From a virus (Duplodnaviria; Caudoviricetes), in the IMG/VR virus record IMGVR_UViG_3300028797_000108, positions 75,106-139,105 of that record: a stretch of DNA of 64,000 nucleotides. One strand, given 5' to 3'. Shown here one piece after another: positions 63,655-64,000 of this stretch; within the stretch, counting starts at the first letter, position 1, and each line of letters starts with the position of its first letter. The notes under the pieces were generated by a model. It had not been told where the DNA came from. It searched no databases and worked only from the letters and a program-made list of their open reading frames with translations. The position numbers were made by a program, and so were the translations under genes.

Positions 63655-64000
63655 ATGATAGAAATCACAATAGCAAAAGTTAATGAATCTTTCCTAGAAG
63701 TGAAAGCTAACCCAGATATTCTGAGTGAGCTATGGTCAAGATATTCAGCATATAAAGCAGGCTACCAATTTCATCCAAAATTCAAGAACCGTATTTGGGA
63801 CGGTAAGATCCATCTCTTTAATATCCGTTCAGGTATCCTGCCGATTGGCTTCTTGGCTGACTTGCTAGGATATGCGAAGCTCAAGGGTTACGAGTATGAA
63901 CTCGAAAACATCACTACCGAAGACTTAAAGTCTAAAATAGATGATGCAGAGTATGATGCCCAAATCCTTGAAAACATGAAATCCTCAGGAATGACAATTC
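63655..64000 (+). CDS. uvsW: UvsW-like DNA helicase, N-terminal part (runs off window)
   Basis: MIEITIAKVNESFL...GYQFHPKFKNRIWDGKIHLF...LPIG matches the UvsW N-terminal motif; not in the ORF track. Confidence 0.85.
   Translation, partial: MIEITIAKVNESFLEVKANPDILSELWSRYSAYKAGYQFHPKFKNRIWDGKIHLFNIRSGILPIGFLADLLGYAKLKGYEYELENITTEDLKSKIDDAEYDAQILENMKSSGMTI

Overview
Segment of a large T4-like (jumbo myovirus-type) phage genome. Recognisable core genes are the gp55 late sigma factor, a gp26-like baseplate hub, the C-terminal half of the large terminase fused to a split-intein C-fragment, gp46/gp47, UvsY and the start of UvsW. A late operon of fibre-like proteins sits behind TATAAATA promoters, and several glycosyltransferase and ATP-grasp genes are present. 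From about 5.2 to 29.1 kb lies an early island: many short unknown ORFs behind about 15 near-identical sigma70-type promoters, a MoxR AAA+/VWA pair and an RNA gene cluster (15.3-22.1 kb). The cluster has 29 canonical tRNAs covering all 20 amino acids; none encodes CCA and 20 end in CTA. Many non-canonical RNAs lie between them. The most striking signal is a family of five RNAs sharing one scaffold (AGATAC-like stem, CAGCAA bulge, TCTTG end) that encloses tRNA cargo, including circularly permuted tRNAs with loop-sealed acceptor stems, reminiscent of YrlA-type Y RNAs. All calls come from reading the sequence by eye; no database searches or folding programs were run. The host is unknown; the early-gene codon style suggested Fibrobacter to me, which is only an impression.
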